NCBI GenBank assembly: GCA_964016885.1
Contig: OZ024740.1
Location: 404,550,001 to 404,614,000, forward strand
From: Eledone cirrhosa
Lineage: Eukaryota
Direction of reading: 5' to 3'
DNA length: 64,000 nt
The position numbers were made by a program, and so were the translations under genes. Positions 39,401-57,400 of the stretch are shown piece after piece. The notes under the pieces were generated by a model, which made no database searches, was not told where the DNA came from, and saw only the letters and a list, made by a program, of their open reading frames with translations. How positions within the stretch are numbered: the first letter of the stretch is position 1; every line of letters begins with the position of its first letter.

Positions 39401-42400
39401 AAACTACTACATTACATCTAGTTTCATCATCATCATCATTACACTTTCAAAACTACTACATTACATCTAGTTTCATCATCATCATCACACTATCAAAACT
39501 ACTACATTACATCTAGTTTCATCATCATCATCACACTCTCAAAACTACTACATTACATCTAGTTTCATCATCATCATCACACTATCAAAACTACTACATT
39601 ACACCTAGTTTCATCATCATCATCATCACACTATCAACACTACTACATTACATCTAGTTTCATCATCATCATCACACTATCAAAACTACTACATTACATC
39701 TAGTTTCATCATCATCACACTATCAAAACTACTACATTACATCTAGTTTCATCATCATCACACTATCAAAACTACTACATTACATCTAGTTTCATCATCA
39801 TCATCACACTCTCAAAACTACTACATTACATCTAGTTTCATCATCATCATCACACTCTCAAAACTACTACATTACATCTAGTTTCATCATCATCATCACA
39901 CTCTCAAAACTACTACATTACATCTAGTTTCATCATCATCATCACACTCTCAAAACTACTACATTACATCTAGTTTCATCATCATCATCACACTCTCAAA
40001 ACTACTACATTACATCTAGTTTCATCATCATCATCACACTCTCAAAACTACTACATTACATCTAGTTTCATCATCATCATCATCACACTCTCAAAACCAC
40101 TACATTACATCTAGTTTCATCATCATCACACTCTCAAAACTACTACATTACATCTAGTTTCATCATCATCATCACACTCTCAAAACTACTACATTACATC
40201 TAGTTTCATCATCATCATCATCACACTCTCAAAACCACTACATTACATCTAGTTTCATCATCATCACACTATCAAAACTACTACATTACATCTAGTTTCA
40301 TCATCATCACACTCTCAAAACTACTACATTACATCTAGTTTCATCATCATCATCATCACACTCTCAAAACTACTACATTACATCTAGTTTCATCATCATC
40401 ATCACACTCTCAAAACTACTACATTACATCTAGTTTCATCATCATCATCATCACACTCTCAAAACCACTACATTACATCTAGTTTCATCATCATCACACT
40501 ATCAAAACTACTATATTACATCTAGTTTCATCATCATCACACTCTCAAAACTACTACATTACATCTAGTTTCATCATCATCATCATCACACTCTCAAAAC
40601 TACTACATTACATCTAGTTTCATCATCATCATCACACTATCAAAACTACTACATTACATCTAGTTTCATCATCATCATCATCACACTCTCAAAACTACTA
40701 CATTACATCTAGTTTCATCATCATCATCATCACACTATCAAAACTACTACATTACATCTAGTTTCATCATCATCATCACACTCTCAAAACTACTACATTA
40801 CATCTAGTTTCATCATCATCATCACACTCTCAAAACTACTACATTACATCTAGTTTCATCATCATCATCATCACACTATCAAAACTACTGCATTACATCT
40901 AGTTTCATCATCATCATCATCACACTATCAAAACTACTACATTACATCTAGTTTCATCATCATCATCACACTATCAAAACTACTACATTACATCTAGTTT
41001 CATCATCATCATCACACTCTCAAAACTACTGCATTACATCTAGTTTCATCATCATCATCATCACACTATCAAAACTACTGCATTACATCTAGTTTCATCA
41101 TCATCATCATCACACTATCAAAACTACTACATTACATCTAGTTTCATCATCATCATCACACTCTCAAAACTACTACATTACATCTAGTTTCATCATCATC
41201 ATCATCACACTATCAAAACTACTGCATTACATCTAGTTTCATCATCATCATCATCACACTATCAAAACTACTACATTACATCTAGTTTCATCATCATCAT
41301 CACACTATCAAAACTACTACATTACATCTAGTTTCATCATCATCATCACACTCTCAAAACTACTGCATTACATCTAGTTTCATCATCATCATCATCACAC
41401 TATCAAAACTACTGCATTACATCTAGTTTCATCATCATCATCATCACACTATCAAAACTACTACATTACATCTAGTTTCATCATCATCATCACACTCTCA
41501 AAACTACTACATTACATCTAGTTTCATCATCATCATCATCACACTATCAAAACTACTGCATTACATCTAGTTTCATCATCATCATCATCACACTATCAAA
41601 ACTACTACATTACATCTAGTTTCATCATCATCATCACACTATCAAAACTACTACATTACATCTAGTTTCATCATCATCATCACACTCTCAAAACTACTGC
41701 ATTACATCTAGTTTCATCATCATCATCATCACACTATCAAAACTACTGCATTACATCTAGTTTCATCATCATCATCATCACACTATCAAAACTACTACAT
41801 TACATCTAGTTTCATCATCATCATCACACTCTCAAAACTACTACATTACATCTAGTTTCATCATCATCATCATCACACTATCAAAACTACTGCATTACAT
41901 CTAGTTTCATCATCATCATCATCACACTATCAAAACTACTACATTACATCTAGTTTCATCATCATCATCACACTCTCAAAACTACTACATTACATCTAGT
42001 TTCATCATCATCATCATCACACTATCAAAACTACTACATTACATCTAGTTTCATCATCATCATCACACTCTCAAAACTACTACATTACATCTAGTTTCAT
42101 CATCATCATCATCACACTATCAAAACTACTACATTACATCTAGTTTCATCATCATCATCATCACACTATCAAAACTACTACATTACATCTAGTTTCATCA
42201 TCATCATCACACTATCAAAACTACTACATTACATCTAGTTTCATCATCATCATCACACTCTCAAAACTACTACATTACATCTAGTTTCATCATCATCATC
42301 ATCACACTATCAAAACTACTACATTACATCTAGTTTCATCATCATCATCACACTATCAAAACTACTACATTACATCTAGTTTCATCATCATCATCACACT

Positions 42401-45400
42401 CTCAAAACTACTACATTACATCTAGTTTCATCATCATCATCATCACACTATCAAAACTACTACATTACATCTAGTTTCATCATCATCATCACACTCTCAA
42501 AACTACTACATTACATCTAGTTTCATCATCATCATCATCACACTATCAAAACTACTACATTACATCTAGTTTCATCATCATCATCACACTCTCAAAACTA
42601 CTACATTACATCTAGTTTCATCATCATCATCACACTCTCAAAACTACTACATTACATCTAGTTTCATCATCATCATCATCACACTATCAAAACTACTGCA
42701 TTACATCTAGTTTCATCATCATCATCATCACACTATCAAAACTACTACATTACATCTAGTTTCATCATCATCATCACACTATCAAAACTACTACATTACA
42801 TCTAGTTTCATCATCATCATCACACTCTCAAAACTACTACATTACATCTAGTTTCATCATCATCATCACACTCTCAAAACTACTACATTACATCTAGTTT
42901 CATCATCATCATCATCACACTATCAAAACTACTACATTACATCTAGTTTCATCATCATCATCACACTATCAAAACTACTACATTACATCTAGTTTCATCA
43001 TCATCATCACACTCTCAAAACTACTACATTACATCTAGTTTCATCATCATCATCATCACACTATCAAAACTACTACATTACATCTAGTTTCATCATCATC
43101 ATCACACTATCAAAACTACTACATTACATCTAGTTTCATCATCATCATCACACTCTCAAAACTACTACATTACATCTAGTTTCATCATCATCATCACACT
43201 CTCAAAACTACTACATTACATCTAGTTTCATCATCATCATCATCACACTATCAAAACTACTACATTACATCTAGTTTCATCATCATCATCACACTATCAA
43301 AACTACTACATTACATCTAGTTTCATCATCATCATCACACTCTCAAAACTACTACATTACATCTAGTTTCATCATCATCATCACACTCTCAAAACTACTA
43401 CATTACATCTAGTTTCATCATCATCATCATCACACTATCAAAACTACTACATTACATCTAGTTTCATCATCATCATCACACTATCAAAACTACTACATTA
43501 CATCTAGTTTCATCATCATCATCACACTCTCAAAACTACTACATTACATCTAGTTTCATCATCATCATCACACTCTCAAAACTACTACATTACATCTAGT
43601 TTCATCATCATCATCATCACACTATCAAAACTACTACATTACATCTAGTTTCATCATCATCACACTATCAAAACTACTACATTACATCTAGTTTCATCAT
43701 CATCATCACACTCTCAAAACTACTACATTACATCTAGTTTCATCATCATCACACTATCAAAACTACTACATTACATCTAGTTTCATCATCATCATCACAC
43801 TCTCAAAACTACTACATTACATCTAGTTTCATCATCATCATCACACTCTCAAAACTACTACATTACATCTAGTTTCATCATCATCATCATCACACTATCA
43901 AAACTACTACATTACATCTAGTTTCATCATCATCACACTATCAAAACTACTACATTACATCTAGTTTCATCATCATCATCACACTCTCAAAACTACTACA
44001 TTACATCTAGTTTCATCATCATCACACTATCAAAACTACTACATTACATCTAGTTTCATCATCATCATCACACTATCAAAACTACTACATTACATCTAGT
44101 TTCATCATCATCATCACACTCTCAAAACTACTACATTACATCTAGTTTCATCATCATCATCACACTCTCAAAACTACTACATTACATCTAGTTTCATCAT
44201 CATCATCATCACACTATCAAAACTACTACATTACATCTAGTTTCATCATCATCACACTATCAAAACTACTACATTACATCTAGTTTCATCATCATCATCA
44301 CACTCTCAAAACTACTACATTACATCTAGTTTCATCATCATCACACTCTCAAAACTACTACATTACATCTAGTTTCATCATCATCACACTCTCAAAACCA
44401 CTACATTACATCTAGTTTCATCATCATCACACTATCAAAACTACTACATTACATCTAGTTTCATCATCATCACACTATCAAAACTACTACATTACATCTA
44501 GTTTCATCATCATCACACTCTCAAAACTACTACATTACATCTAGTTTCATCATCATCATCATCACACTATCAAAACTACTACATTACATCTAGTTTCATC
44601 ATCATCATCACACTCTCAAAACTACTACATTACATCTAGTTTCATCATCATCATCATCACACTATCAAAACTACTACATTACATCTAGTTTCATCATCAT
44701 CATCACACTCTCAAAACTACTACATTACATCTAGTTTCATCATCATCATCACACTCTCAAAACTACTACATTACATCTAGTTTCATCATCATCATCATCA
44801 CACTATCAAAACTACTGCATTACATCTAGTTTCATCATCATCATCACACTCTCAAAACTACTGCATTACATCTAGTTTCATCATCATCATCACACTATCA
44901 AAACTACTACATTACATCTAGTTTCATCATCATCATCACACTCTCAAAACTACTGCATTACATCTAGTTTCATCATCATCATCATCACACTATCAAAACT
45001 ACTACATTACATCTAGTTTCATCATCATCATCACACTCTCAAAACTACTACATTACATCTAGTTTCATCATCATCATCATCACACTATCAAAACTACTAC
45101 ATTACATCTAGTTTCATCATCATCACACTATCAAAACTACTACATTACATCTAGTTTCATCATCATCATCACACTCTCAAAACTACTACATTACATCTAG
45201 TTTCATCATCATCATCACACTCTCAAAACTACTGCATTACATCTAGTTTCATCATCATCATCACACTATCAAAACTACTACATTACATCTAGTTTCATCA
45301 TCATCATCACACTCTCAAAACTACTGCATTACATCTAGTTTCATCATCATCATCATCACACTATCAAAACTACTACATTACATCTAGTTTCATCATCATC

Positions 45401-48400
45401 ATCACACTCTCAAAACTACTACATTACATCTAGTTTCATCATCATCATCATCACACTATCAAAACTACTACATTACATCTAGTTTCATCATCATCATCAC
45501 ACTCTCAAAACTACTACATTACATCTAGTTTCATCATCATCATCACACTCTCAAAACTACTACATTACATCTAGTTTCATCATCATCATCACACTCTCAA
45601 AACTACTACATTACATCTAGTTTCATCATCATCATCATCACACTATCAAAACTACTGCATTACATCTAGTTTCATCATCATCATCATCACACTATCAAAA
45701 CTACTACATTACATCTAGTTTCATCATCATCATCACACTATCAAAACTACTACATTACATCTAGTTTCATCATCATCATCACACTCTCAAAACTACTGCA
45801 TTACATCTAGTTTCATCATCATCATCATCACACTATCAAAACTACTACATTACATCTAGTTTCATCATCATCATCACACTATCAAAACTACTACATTACA
45901 TCTAGTTTCATCATCATCATCACACTCTCAAAACTACTGCATTACATCTAGTTTCATCATCATCATCATCACACTATCAAAACTACTACATTACATCTAG
46001 TTTCATCATCATCATCACACTATCAAAACTACTACATTACACCTAGTTTCATCATCATCATCATCACACTATCAAATCTACTACATTACATCTAGTTTCA
46101 TCATCATCATCACACTCTCAAAACTACTACATTACATCTAGTTTCATCATCATCATCATCACACTATCAAAACTACTACATTACATCTAGTTTCATCATC
46201 ATCATCACACTATCAAAACTACTACATTACATCTAGTTTCATCATCATCATCACACTCTCAAAACTACTACATTACATCTAGTTTCATCATCATCATCAT
46301 CACACTATCAAAACTACTACATTACATCTAGTTTCATCATCATCATCACACTCTCAAAACTACTACATTACATCTAGTTTCATCATCATCATCACACTCT
46401 CAAAACTACTACATTACATCTAGTTTCATCATCATCATCATCACACTATCAAAACTACTGCATTACATCTAGTTTCATCATCATCATCATCACACTATCA
46501 AAACTACTACATTACATCTAGTTTCATCATCATCATCACACTATCAAAACTACTACATTACATCTAGTTTCATCATCATCATCACACTCTCAAAACTACT
46601 GCATTACATCTAGTTTCATCATCATCATCATCACACTATCAAAACTACTACATTACATCTAGTTTCATCATCATCATCACACTATCAAAACTACTACATT
46701 ACATCTAGTTTCATCATCATCATCATCACACTATCAAAACTACTGCATTACATCTAGTTTCATCATCATCATCATCACACTCTCAAAACTACATTACATC
46801 TAGTTTCATCATCATCATCACACTCTCAAAACTACTACATTACATCTAGTTTCATCATCATCATCATCACACTATCAAAACTACTACATTACATCTAGTT
46901 TCATCATCATCATCACACTATCAAAACTACTACATTACATCTAGTTTCATCATCATCATCACACTATCAAAACTACTACATTACACCTAGTTTCATCATC
47001 ATCATCATCACACTATCAAAACTACTACATTACATCTAGTTTCATCATCATCATCACACTATCAAAACTACTACATTACATCTAGTTTCATCATCATCGT
47101 CATCACACTATCAAAACTACTGCATTACATCTAGTTTCATCATCATCATCATCACACTATCAAAACTACTACATTACATCTAGTTTCATCATCATCATCA
47201 CACTATCAAAACTACTACATTACATCTAGTTTCATCATCATCACACTATCAAAACTACTACATTACATCTAGTTTCATCATCATCACACTATCAAAACTA
47301 CTACATTACACCTAGTTTCATCATCATCATCATCACACTATCAACACTACTACATTACATCTAGTTTCATCATCATCATCACACTATCAAAACTACTACA
47401 TTACATCTAGTTTCATCATCATCATTACACTATCAAAACTACTACATTACATCTAGTTTCATCATCATCACATTCTCAAAACTACTACATTACATCTAGT
47501 TTCATCATCATCATCACACTCTCAAAACTACTACATTACATCTAGTTTCATCATCATCATCACACTCTCAAAACTACTACATTAAATCTAGTTTCATCAT
47601 CATCATCACACTCTCAAAACTACTACATTACATCTAGTTTCATCATCATCATCACTGTCAAAACTACTACATTACATCTAGTTTCATCATCACACTGTCA
47701 AAACTACTACATTACATCTAGTTTCATCATCATCATCACACTCTCAAAACTACTACATTACATCTAGTTTCATCATCATCATCACTGTCAAAACTACTAC
47801 ATTACATCTAGTTTCATCATCATCATCACTGTCAAAACTACTACATTACATCTAGTTTCATCATCACACTGTCAAAACTACTACATTACATCTAGTTTCA
47901 TCATCATCATCACACTCTCAAAACTACTACATTACATCTAGTTTCATCATCATCATCACACTCTCGAAACTATTACATTACATCTAGTTTCATCATCATC
48001 ATCACACTATCAACACTACTACATTACATCTAGTTTCATCATCATCATCACACTCTCAAAACCACTACATTACATCTAGTTTCATCATCATCACACTATC
48101 AACACTAATACATTACATCTAGTTTCATCATCATCATCACACTATCAAAACTACTACATTACATCTAGTTTCATCATCATCACACTCTCAAAACTACTAC
48201 ATTACATCTAGTTTCATCATCATCACACTATCAAAACTACTACATTACATCTAGTTTCATCATCATCACACTATCAAAACTACTACATTACATCTAGTTT
48301 CATCATCATCATCACACTATCAAAACCACTACATTACATCTAGTTTCATCATCATCACACTATCAACACTACTACATTACATCTAGTTTCATCATCATCA

Positions 48401-51400
48401 CCACACTCTCAAAACCACTACATTACATCTAGTTTCATCATCATCATCACACTCTCAAAACTACTACATTACATCTAGTTTCATCATCATCATCACACTC
48501 TCAAATCTACATTACATCTAGTTTCATCATCATCATCATCACACTGTCAAAACTACTACATTACATCTAGTTTCATCATCATCATCATCACTCTCAAAAC
48601 TACTACAGAACATCTAGTTTCATCATCATCATCACAATCTCAAAACTACTCCATTACATCTAGTTTCATCATCATCATCACACTCTCAAAACTACTACAT
48701 TACATCTAGTTTCATCATCATCATCACACTCTCAAAACTACTACATTACATCTAGTTTCATCATCATCATCACACTCTCAAAACCACTACATTACATCTA
48801 GTTTCATCATCATCATCATCACACTTTCAAAACTACTACATTACATCTAGTTTCATCATCGCACTCTCAAAACTACTACATTACATCTAGTTTCATCATC
48901 ATCATCACACTCTCAAAACTACTACATTACATCTAGTTTAATCATCATCATCACACTCTCAAAACTACTACATTACATCTAGTTTCATCATCATCATCAC
49001 TCTCTCAAAACTACTACATTACATCTAGTTTCATCATCATCATCACACTCTCAAAACTACTACATTACATCTAGTTTCATCATCATCATCACACTCTCAA
49101 AACTACTACATTACATCTAGTTTCATCATCATCATCACACTCTCAAAACTACTACATTACATCTAGTTTCATCATCATCATCACACTTTCAAAACTACTA
49201 CACTACATCTAGTTTCATCATCATCATCACACTCTCAAAACTACTCCATTACATCTAGTTTCATCATCATCACACTCTCAAAACCACTACATTACATCTA
49301 GTTTAATCATCATCATCACACTCTCAAAACTACTACATTACATCTAGTTTCATCATCATCATCATCACTCTCAAAACTACTACACAACATCTAGTTTCAT
49401 CATCATCATCACAATCTCAAAACTACTCCATTACATCTAGTTTCATCATCATCATCATCACTCTCAAAACTACTACACAACATCTAGTTTCATCATCATC
49501 ATCACACTCTCAAAACTACTACATTACATCTAGTTTCATCATCATCATCACACTCTCAAAACTACTACACAACATCTAGTTTCATCATCATCATCACACT
49601 CTCAAAACTACTACATTACATCTAGTTTCATCATCATCATCATCACACTTTCAAAACTACTACATTACATCTAGTTTCATCATCATCATCATCACACTTT
49701 CAAAACTACTACATTACATCTAGTTTCATCATCATCATCACACTCTCAAAACTACTACATTACATCTAGTTTCATCATCATCATCATCACACTCTCAAAA
49801 CTACTACATTACATCTAGTTTCATCATCATCATCACACTCTCAAAACTACTACATTACATCTAGTTTCATCATCATCATCACACTCTCAAAACCACTACA
49901 TTACATCTAGTTTCATCATCATCATCACACTCTCAAAACTACTACAATACATCTAGTTTCATCATCATCATCACACTATCAAAACTACTACATTACATCT
50001 AGTTTCATCATCATCATCACACTCTCAAAACTACTACATTACATCTAGTTTCATCATCATCATCATCACACTTTCAAAACTACTACATTACATCTAGTTT
50101 CATCATCATCATCATCACACTTTCAAAACTACTACATTACATCTAGTTTCATCATCATCATCACACTCTCAAAACTACTACATTACATCTACTTTCATCA
50201 TCACACTCTCAAAACTACATTACATCTAGTTTCATCATCATCATCACACTATCAAAACTACTACATTACATCTAGTTTCATCATCATCATCATCACACTT
50301 TCAAAACTACTACATTACATCTAGTTTCATCATCATCATCACACTCTCAAAACTACTACATTACATCTAGTTTCATCATCATCATCACACTATCAAAACT
50401 ACTACATTACATCTAGTTTCATCATCATCATCACACTCTCAAAACTACTACATTACATCTAGTTTCATCATCATCATCACACTATCAAAACTACTACATT
50501 ACATCTAGTTTCATCGTCACACTCTCAAAGCTACTACATTACATCTAGTTTCATCATCATCATCATTACACTCTCAAAACTACTACATTACATCTAGTTT
50601 CATCATCATCATCACACTATCAAAACTACTACATTACATCTAGTTTCATCATCATCATCACACTCTCAAAACTACTACATTACATCTAGTTTCATCATCA
50701 TCATCACACTCTCAAAACTACTACATTACATCTAGTTTCATCATCATCATCACACTCTCAAAACTACTACATTACATCTAGTTTCATCATCACACTCTCA
50801 AAACTACTACATTACATCTAGTTTCATCATCATCATCATCACTCTCAAAACTACTACATTACATCTAGTTTCATCATCACACTCTCAAAACTACTACATT
50901 ACATCTAGTTTCATCATCATCATCACACTCTCAAAACTACTACATTACATCTAGTTTCATCATCATCATCACACTCTCAAAACTACTACATTACATCTAG
51001 TTTCATCATCACACTCTCAAAACTACTACATTACATCTAGTTTCATCATCATCATCACACTCTCAAAACTACTACATTACATCTAGTTTCATCATCACAC
51101 TCTCAAAACTACTACATTACATCTAGTTTCATCATCATCATCACACTCTCAAAACTACTACATTACATCTAGTTTCATCATCATCATCACACTCTCAAAA
51201 CTACTACATTACATCTAGTTTCATCATCATCATCACACTCTCAAAACTACTACATTACATCTAGTTTCATCATCATCATCACACTCTCAAAACTACTACA
51301 TTACATCTAGTTTCATCATCACACTCTCAAAACTACTACATTACATCTAGTTTCATCATCATCATCACTCTCTCAAATCTACTACATTACATCTAGTTTC

Positions 51401-54400
51401 ATCATCATCATCACACTCTCAAAACTACTACATTACATCTAGTTTCATCATCATCACTCTCAAAACTAATACATTACATCTAGTATCATCATCATCACAC
51501 TCTCAAAACGACTACATTACATCTAGTTTCATCATCATCATCACACTCTCAAATCTACTACATTACATCTAGTTTCATCATCATCATCACACTCTCAAAA
51601 CTACTACATTACATCTAGTTTCATCATCATCATCACACTCTCAAAACCACTACATTACATCTAGTTTCATCATCATCATCACACTCTCAAAACTACTACA
51701 TTACATCTAGTTTCATCATCATCATCACACTCTCAAAACCACTACATTACATCTAGTTTCATCATCATCATCACACTCTCAAAACTACTACATTACATCT
51801 AGTTTCATCATCATCATCACACTCTCAAAACCACTACATTACATCTAGTTTCATCATCATCATCACACTCTCAAAACTACTACATTGCATCTAGGTTCAT
51901 CATCATCATCACACTCTCAAAACCACTACATTACATCTAATTTCATCATCATCATCACACTCTCAAAACTACTACATTACATCTAGTTTCATCATCATCA
52001 TCACACTCTCAAAACTAATACATTACATCTAGTTTCATCATCATCATCATCACACTCTCAAATCTACTACATTACATCTAGTTTCATCATCATCATCACA
52101 CTCTCAAAATTACTACATTACATCTAGTTTCATCATCATCATCATCACTCTCAAAACTACTACATTACATCTAGTTTCATCATCATCATCACACTCTCAA
52201 AACCACTACATTACATCTAGTTTCATCATCATCATCACACTCTCAAAACTACTACATTGCATCTAGTTTCATCATCATCATCACACTCTCAAAACTACTA
52301 CATTACATCGAGTTTCATCATCATCATCACACTCTCAAAACTACTACATTACATCTAGTTTCATCATCATCATCATCACTCTCAAAACTACTACATTACA
52401 TCTAGTTTCATCATCATCATCACACTATCAAAACTACTACATTACATCTAGTTTCATCATCATCATCACACTCTCAAAACCACTACATTACATCTAGTTT
52501 CATCATCATCATCACACTCTCAAAACCACTACATTACATCTAGTTTCATCATCATCATCACTCTCAAAACCACTACATTACATCTAGTTTCATCATCATC
52601 ATCACACTATCAAAACCACTACATTACATCTAGTTTCATCATCATCATCACACTCTCAAAACTACTACATTGCATCTAGTTTCATCATCATCATCACACT
52701 CTCAAAACGACTACATTACATCGAGTTTCATCATCATCATCACACTCTCAAAACTACTACATTACATCTAGTTTCATCATCATCATCATCACACTCTCAA
52801 AACCACTACATTACATCTAGTTTCATCATCATCATCACTCTCAAAACCACTACATTACATCTAGTTTCATCATCATCATCACACTCTCAAAACTACTACA
52901 TTGCATCTAGTTTCATCATCATCATCACACTCTCAAAACGACTACATTACATCGAGTTTCATCATCATCATCACACTCTCAAAACTACTACATTACATCT
53001 AGTTTCATCATCATCATCATCACACTCTCAAAACGACTACATTACATCGAGTTTCATCATCATCATCACACTCTCAAAACTACTACATTACATCTAGTTT
53101 CATCATCATCATCATCACACTCTCAAAACTACTACATTACATCTAGTTTCATCATCATCATCACTCTCAAAACTACTACATTACATCTAGTTTCATCATC
53201 ATCATCACTCTCAAAACGACTACATTACATCGAGTTTCATCATCATCATCACACTCTCAAAACTACTACATTACATCTAGTTTCATCATCATCATCACTC
53301 TCAAAACTAATACATTACATCTAGTTTCATCATCATCATCACACTCTCAAAACTACTACATTACATCTAGTTTCATCATCATCACACTCTCAAAACCACT
53401 ACATTACATCTAGTTTCATCATCATCACACTCTCAAAACTACTGCATTACATCTAGTTTCATCATCATCATCACACTCTCAAAACTACTGCATTACATCT
53501 AGTTTCATCATCATCATCACACTCTCAAAACTACTACACTACATCTAGTTTCATCATCATCATCATCATCACTCTCTCAAAACTACTTCATTACATCTAG
53601 TTTCATCATCATCATCACTCTCAAAACTACTACATTACATCTAGTTTCATCATCATCATCACACCCTCAAAACTACTACATTACATCTAGTTTCATCATC
53701 ATCATCACACTCTCAAAACTACTACATTACATCTAGTTTCATCATCACACTCTCAAAACCACTACATTACATCTAGTTTCATCATCATCATCACACCCTC
53801 AAAACTACTACATTGCATCTAGTTTCATCATCATCATCAAACTCTCAAAACTACTACATTGCATCTAGTTTCATCATCATCATCACACTCTCAAAACTAC
53901 TACATTACATCTAGTTTCATCATCATCATCACTCTCAAAACTACTACATTACATCTAGTTTCATCATCATCATCACACTCTCAAAACTACTACATTACAT
54001 CTAGTTTCATCATCATCACACTCTCAAAACCACTACATTACATCTAGTTTCATCATCATCACACTCTCAAAACTACTACATTACATCTAGTTTCATCATC
54101 ATCATCATCATCACTCTCAAAACTACTACATTACATCTAGTTTCATCATCATCATCATCACACTCTCAAAACTACTTCATTACATCTAGTTTCATCATCA
54201 TCATCACTCTCAAAACTACTACATTACATCTAGTTTCATCATCATCATCACTCTCTCAAAACTACTACATTACATCTAGTTTCATCATCATCATCACTCT
54301 CTCAAAACTACTACATTACATCTAGTTTCATCATCATCATCACTCTCAAAACTACTACATTACATCTAGTTTCATCATCATCACACTCTCAAAACTACTA

Positions 54401-57400
54401 CATTACATCTAGTTTCATCATCATCATCATCATCACTCTCAAAACTACTACATTACATCTAGTTTCATCATCATCATCACACTCTCAAAACCACTACATT
54501 ACATCTAGTTTCATCATCATCATCATCACACTCTCAAAACTACTTCATTACATCTAGTTTCATCATCATCATCACTCTCAAAACTACTACATTACATCTA
54601 GTTTCATCATCATCATCACACTCTCAAAACTACTACATTACATCTAGTTTCATCATCATCATCACACTCTCAAAACTACTACATTACATCTAGTTTCATC
54701 ATCATCACACTCTCAAAACCACTACATTACATCTAGTTTCATCATCATCATCACACTCTCAAAACTACTACATTACATCTAGTTTCATCATCATCATCAT
54801 CACACTCTCAAAACTACTACATTACATCTAGTTTCATCATCATCACACTCTCAAAACTACTACATTACATCTAGTTTCATCATCATCACACTCTCAAAAC
54901 TACTACATTACATCTAGTTTCATCATCATCACACTCTCAAAACTACTACATTACATCTAGTTTCATCATCATCATCACACTCTCAAAACTACTACATTAC
55001 ATCTAGTTTCATCATCATCATCACACTCTCAAAACCACTACATTACATCTAGTTTCATCATCATCACACTCTCAAAACTACTACATTACATCTAGTTTCA
55101 TCATCATCACACTCTCAAAACTACTACATTACATCTAGTTTCATCATCATCACACTCTCAAAACTACTACATTACATCTAGTTTCATCATCATCACACTC
55201 TCAAAACTACTACATTACATCTAGTTTCATCATCATCACACTCTCAAAACTACTACATTACATCTAGTTTCATCATCATCATCACACTCTCAAAACTACT
55301 ACATTACATCTAGTTTCATCATCATCATCACACTCTCAAAACCACTACATTACATCTAGTTTCATCATCATCACACTCTCAAAACTACTACATTACATCT
55401 AGTTTCATCATCATCACACTCTCAAAACTACTACATTACATCTAGTTTCATCATCATCACACTCTCAAAACTACTACATTACATCTAGTTTCATCATCAT
55501 CACACTCTCAAAACTACTACATTACATCTAGTTTCATCATCATCACACTCTCAAAACTACTACATTACATCTAGTTTCATCATCATCATCACACTCTCAA
55601 AACTACTACATTACATCTAGTTTCATCATCATCATCACACTCTCAAAACCACTACATTACATCTAGTTTCATCATCATCACACTCTCAAAACTACTACAT
55701 TACATCTAGTTTCATCATCATCACACTCTCAAAACTACTACATTACATCTAGTTTCATCATCATCACACTCTCAAAACTACTACATTACATCTAGTTTCA
55801 TCATCATCATCACACTCTCAAAACTACTGCATTACATCTAGTTTCATCATCATCATCACACTCTCAAAACTACTACATTACATCTAGTTTCATCATCATC
55901 ATCACACTCTCAAAACTACTACATTACATCTAGTTTCATCATCATCACACTCTCAAAACTACTACATTACATCTAGTTTCATCATCATCATCACACTCTC
56001 AAAACTACTGCATTACATCTAGTTTCATCATCATCATCACACTCTCAAAACTACTGCATTACATCTAGTTTCATCATCATCATCACACTCTCAAAACTAC
56101 TGCATTACATCTAGTTTCATCATCATCATCACACTCTCAAAACTACTACATTACATCTAGTTTCATCATCATCATCACACTCTCAAAACTACTACATTAC
56201 ATCTAGTTTCATCATCATCATCACACTCTCAAAACTACTGCATTACATCTAGTTTCATCATCATCATCACACTCTCAAAACTACTGCATTACATCTAGTT
56301 TCATCATCATCATCACACTCTCAAAACTACTGCATTACATCTAGTTTCATCATCATCATCACACTCTCAAAACTACTACACTACATCTAGTTTCATCATC
56401 ATCATCATCACACTCTCAAAACTACTACATTGCATCTAGTTTCATCATCATCATCACACTCTCAAAACTACTACATTACATCTACTTTCATCATCATCAT
56501 CACACCCTCAAAACTACTACATTACATCTAGTTTCATCATCATCATCATCATCACTTTCAAAACTACTACATTACATCTAGTTTCATCATCATCATCACA
56601 CTCTCAAAACCACTACATTACATCTAGTTTCATCATCATCATCATCACACTCTCAAAACTACTTCATTACATCTAGTTTCATCATCATCATCACACTCTC
56701 AAAACTACTTCATTACATCTAGTTTCATCATCATCATCATCACACTCTCAAAACTACTTCATTACATCTAGTTTCATCATCATCATCATCACACTCTCAA
56801 AACTACTTCATTACATCTAGTTTCATCATAATCATCACACTCTCAAAACTACTACATTACATCTAGTTTCATCATCATCATCATCATCACTCTCAAAACT
56901 ACTACATTACATCTAGTTTCATCATCATCATCACACTCTCAAAACCACTACATTACATCTAGTTTCATCATCATCATCATCACACTCTCAAAACTACTTC
57001 ATTACATCTAGTTTCATCATCATCATCACACTCTCAAAACCACTACATTACATCTAGTTTCATCATCATCATCATCACACTCTCAAAACTACTTCATTAC
57101 ATCTAGTTTCATCATCATCATCATCACACTCTCAAAACTACTTCATTACATCTAGTTTCATCATAATCATCACACTCTCAAAACTACTACATTACATCTA
57201 GTTTCATCATCATCATCATCACACTCTCAAAACTACTTCATTACATCTAGTTTCATCATCATCATCACACTCTCAAAACCACTACATTACATCTAGTTTC
57301 ATCATCATCATCATCACACTCTCAAAACTACTTCATTACATCTAGTTTCATCATCATCATCATCACACTCTCAAAACTACTTCATTACATCTAGTTTCAT

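Noticed and set aside
53859-54047. 62-aa ORF / poly-His-Ser-Ile repeat protein encoded by the satellite
   Set aside because: The monomer length is 1 mod 3, so every frame hits TAG about every third monomer; this ORF arises from a chance 2-bp variant. The - strand is full of TGA/TAG stops.
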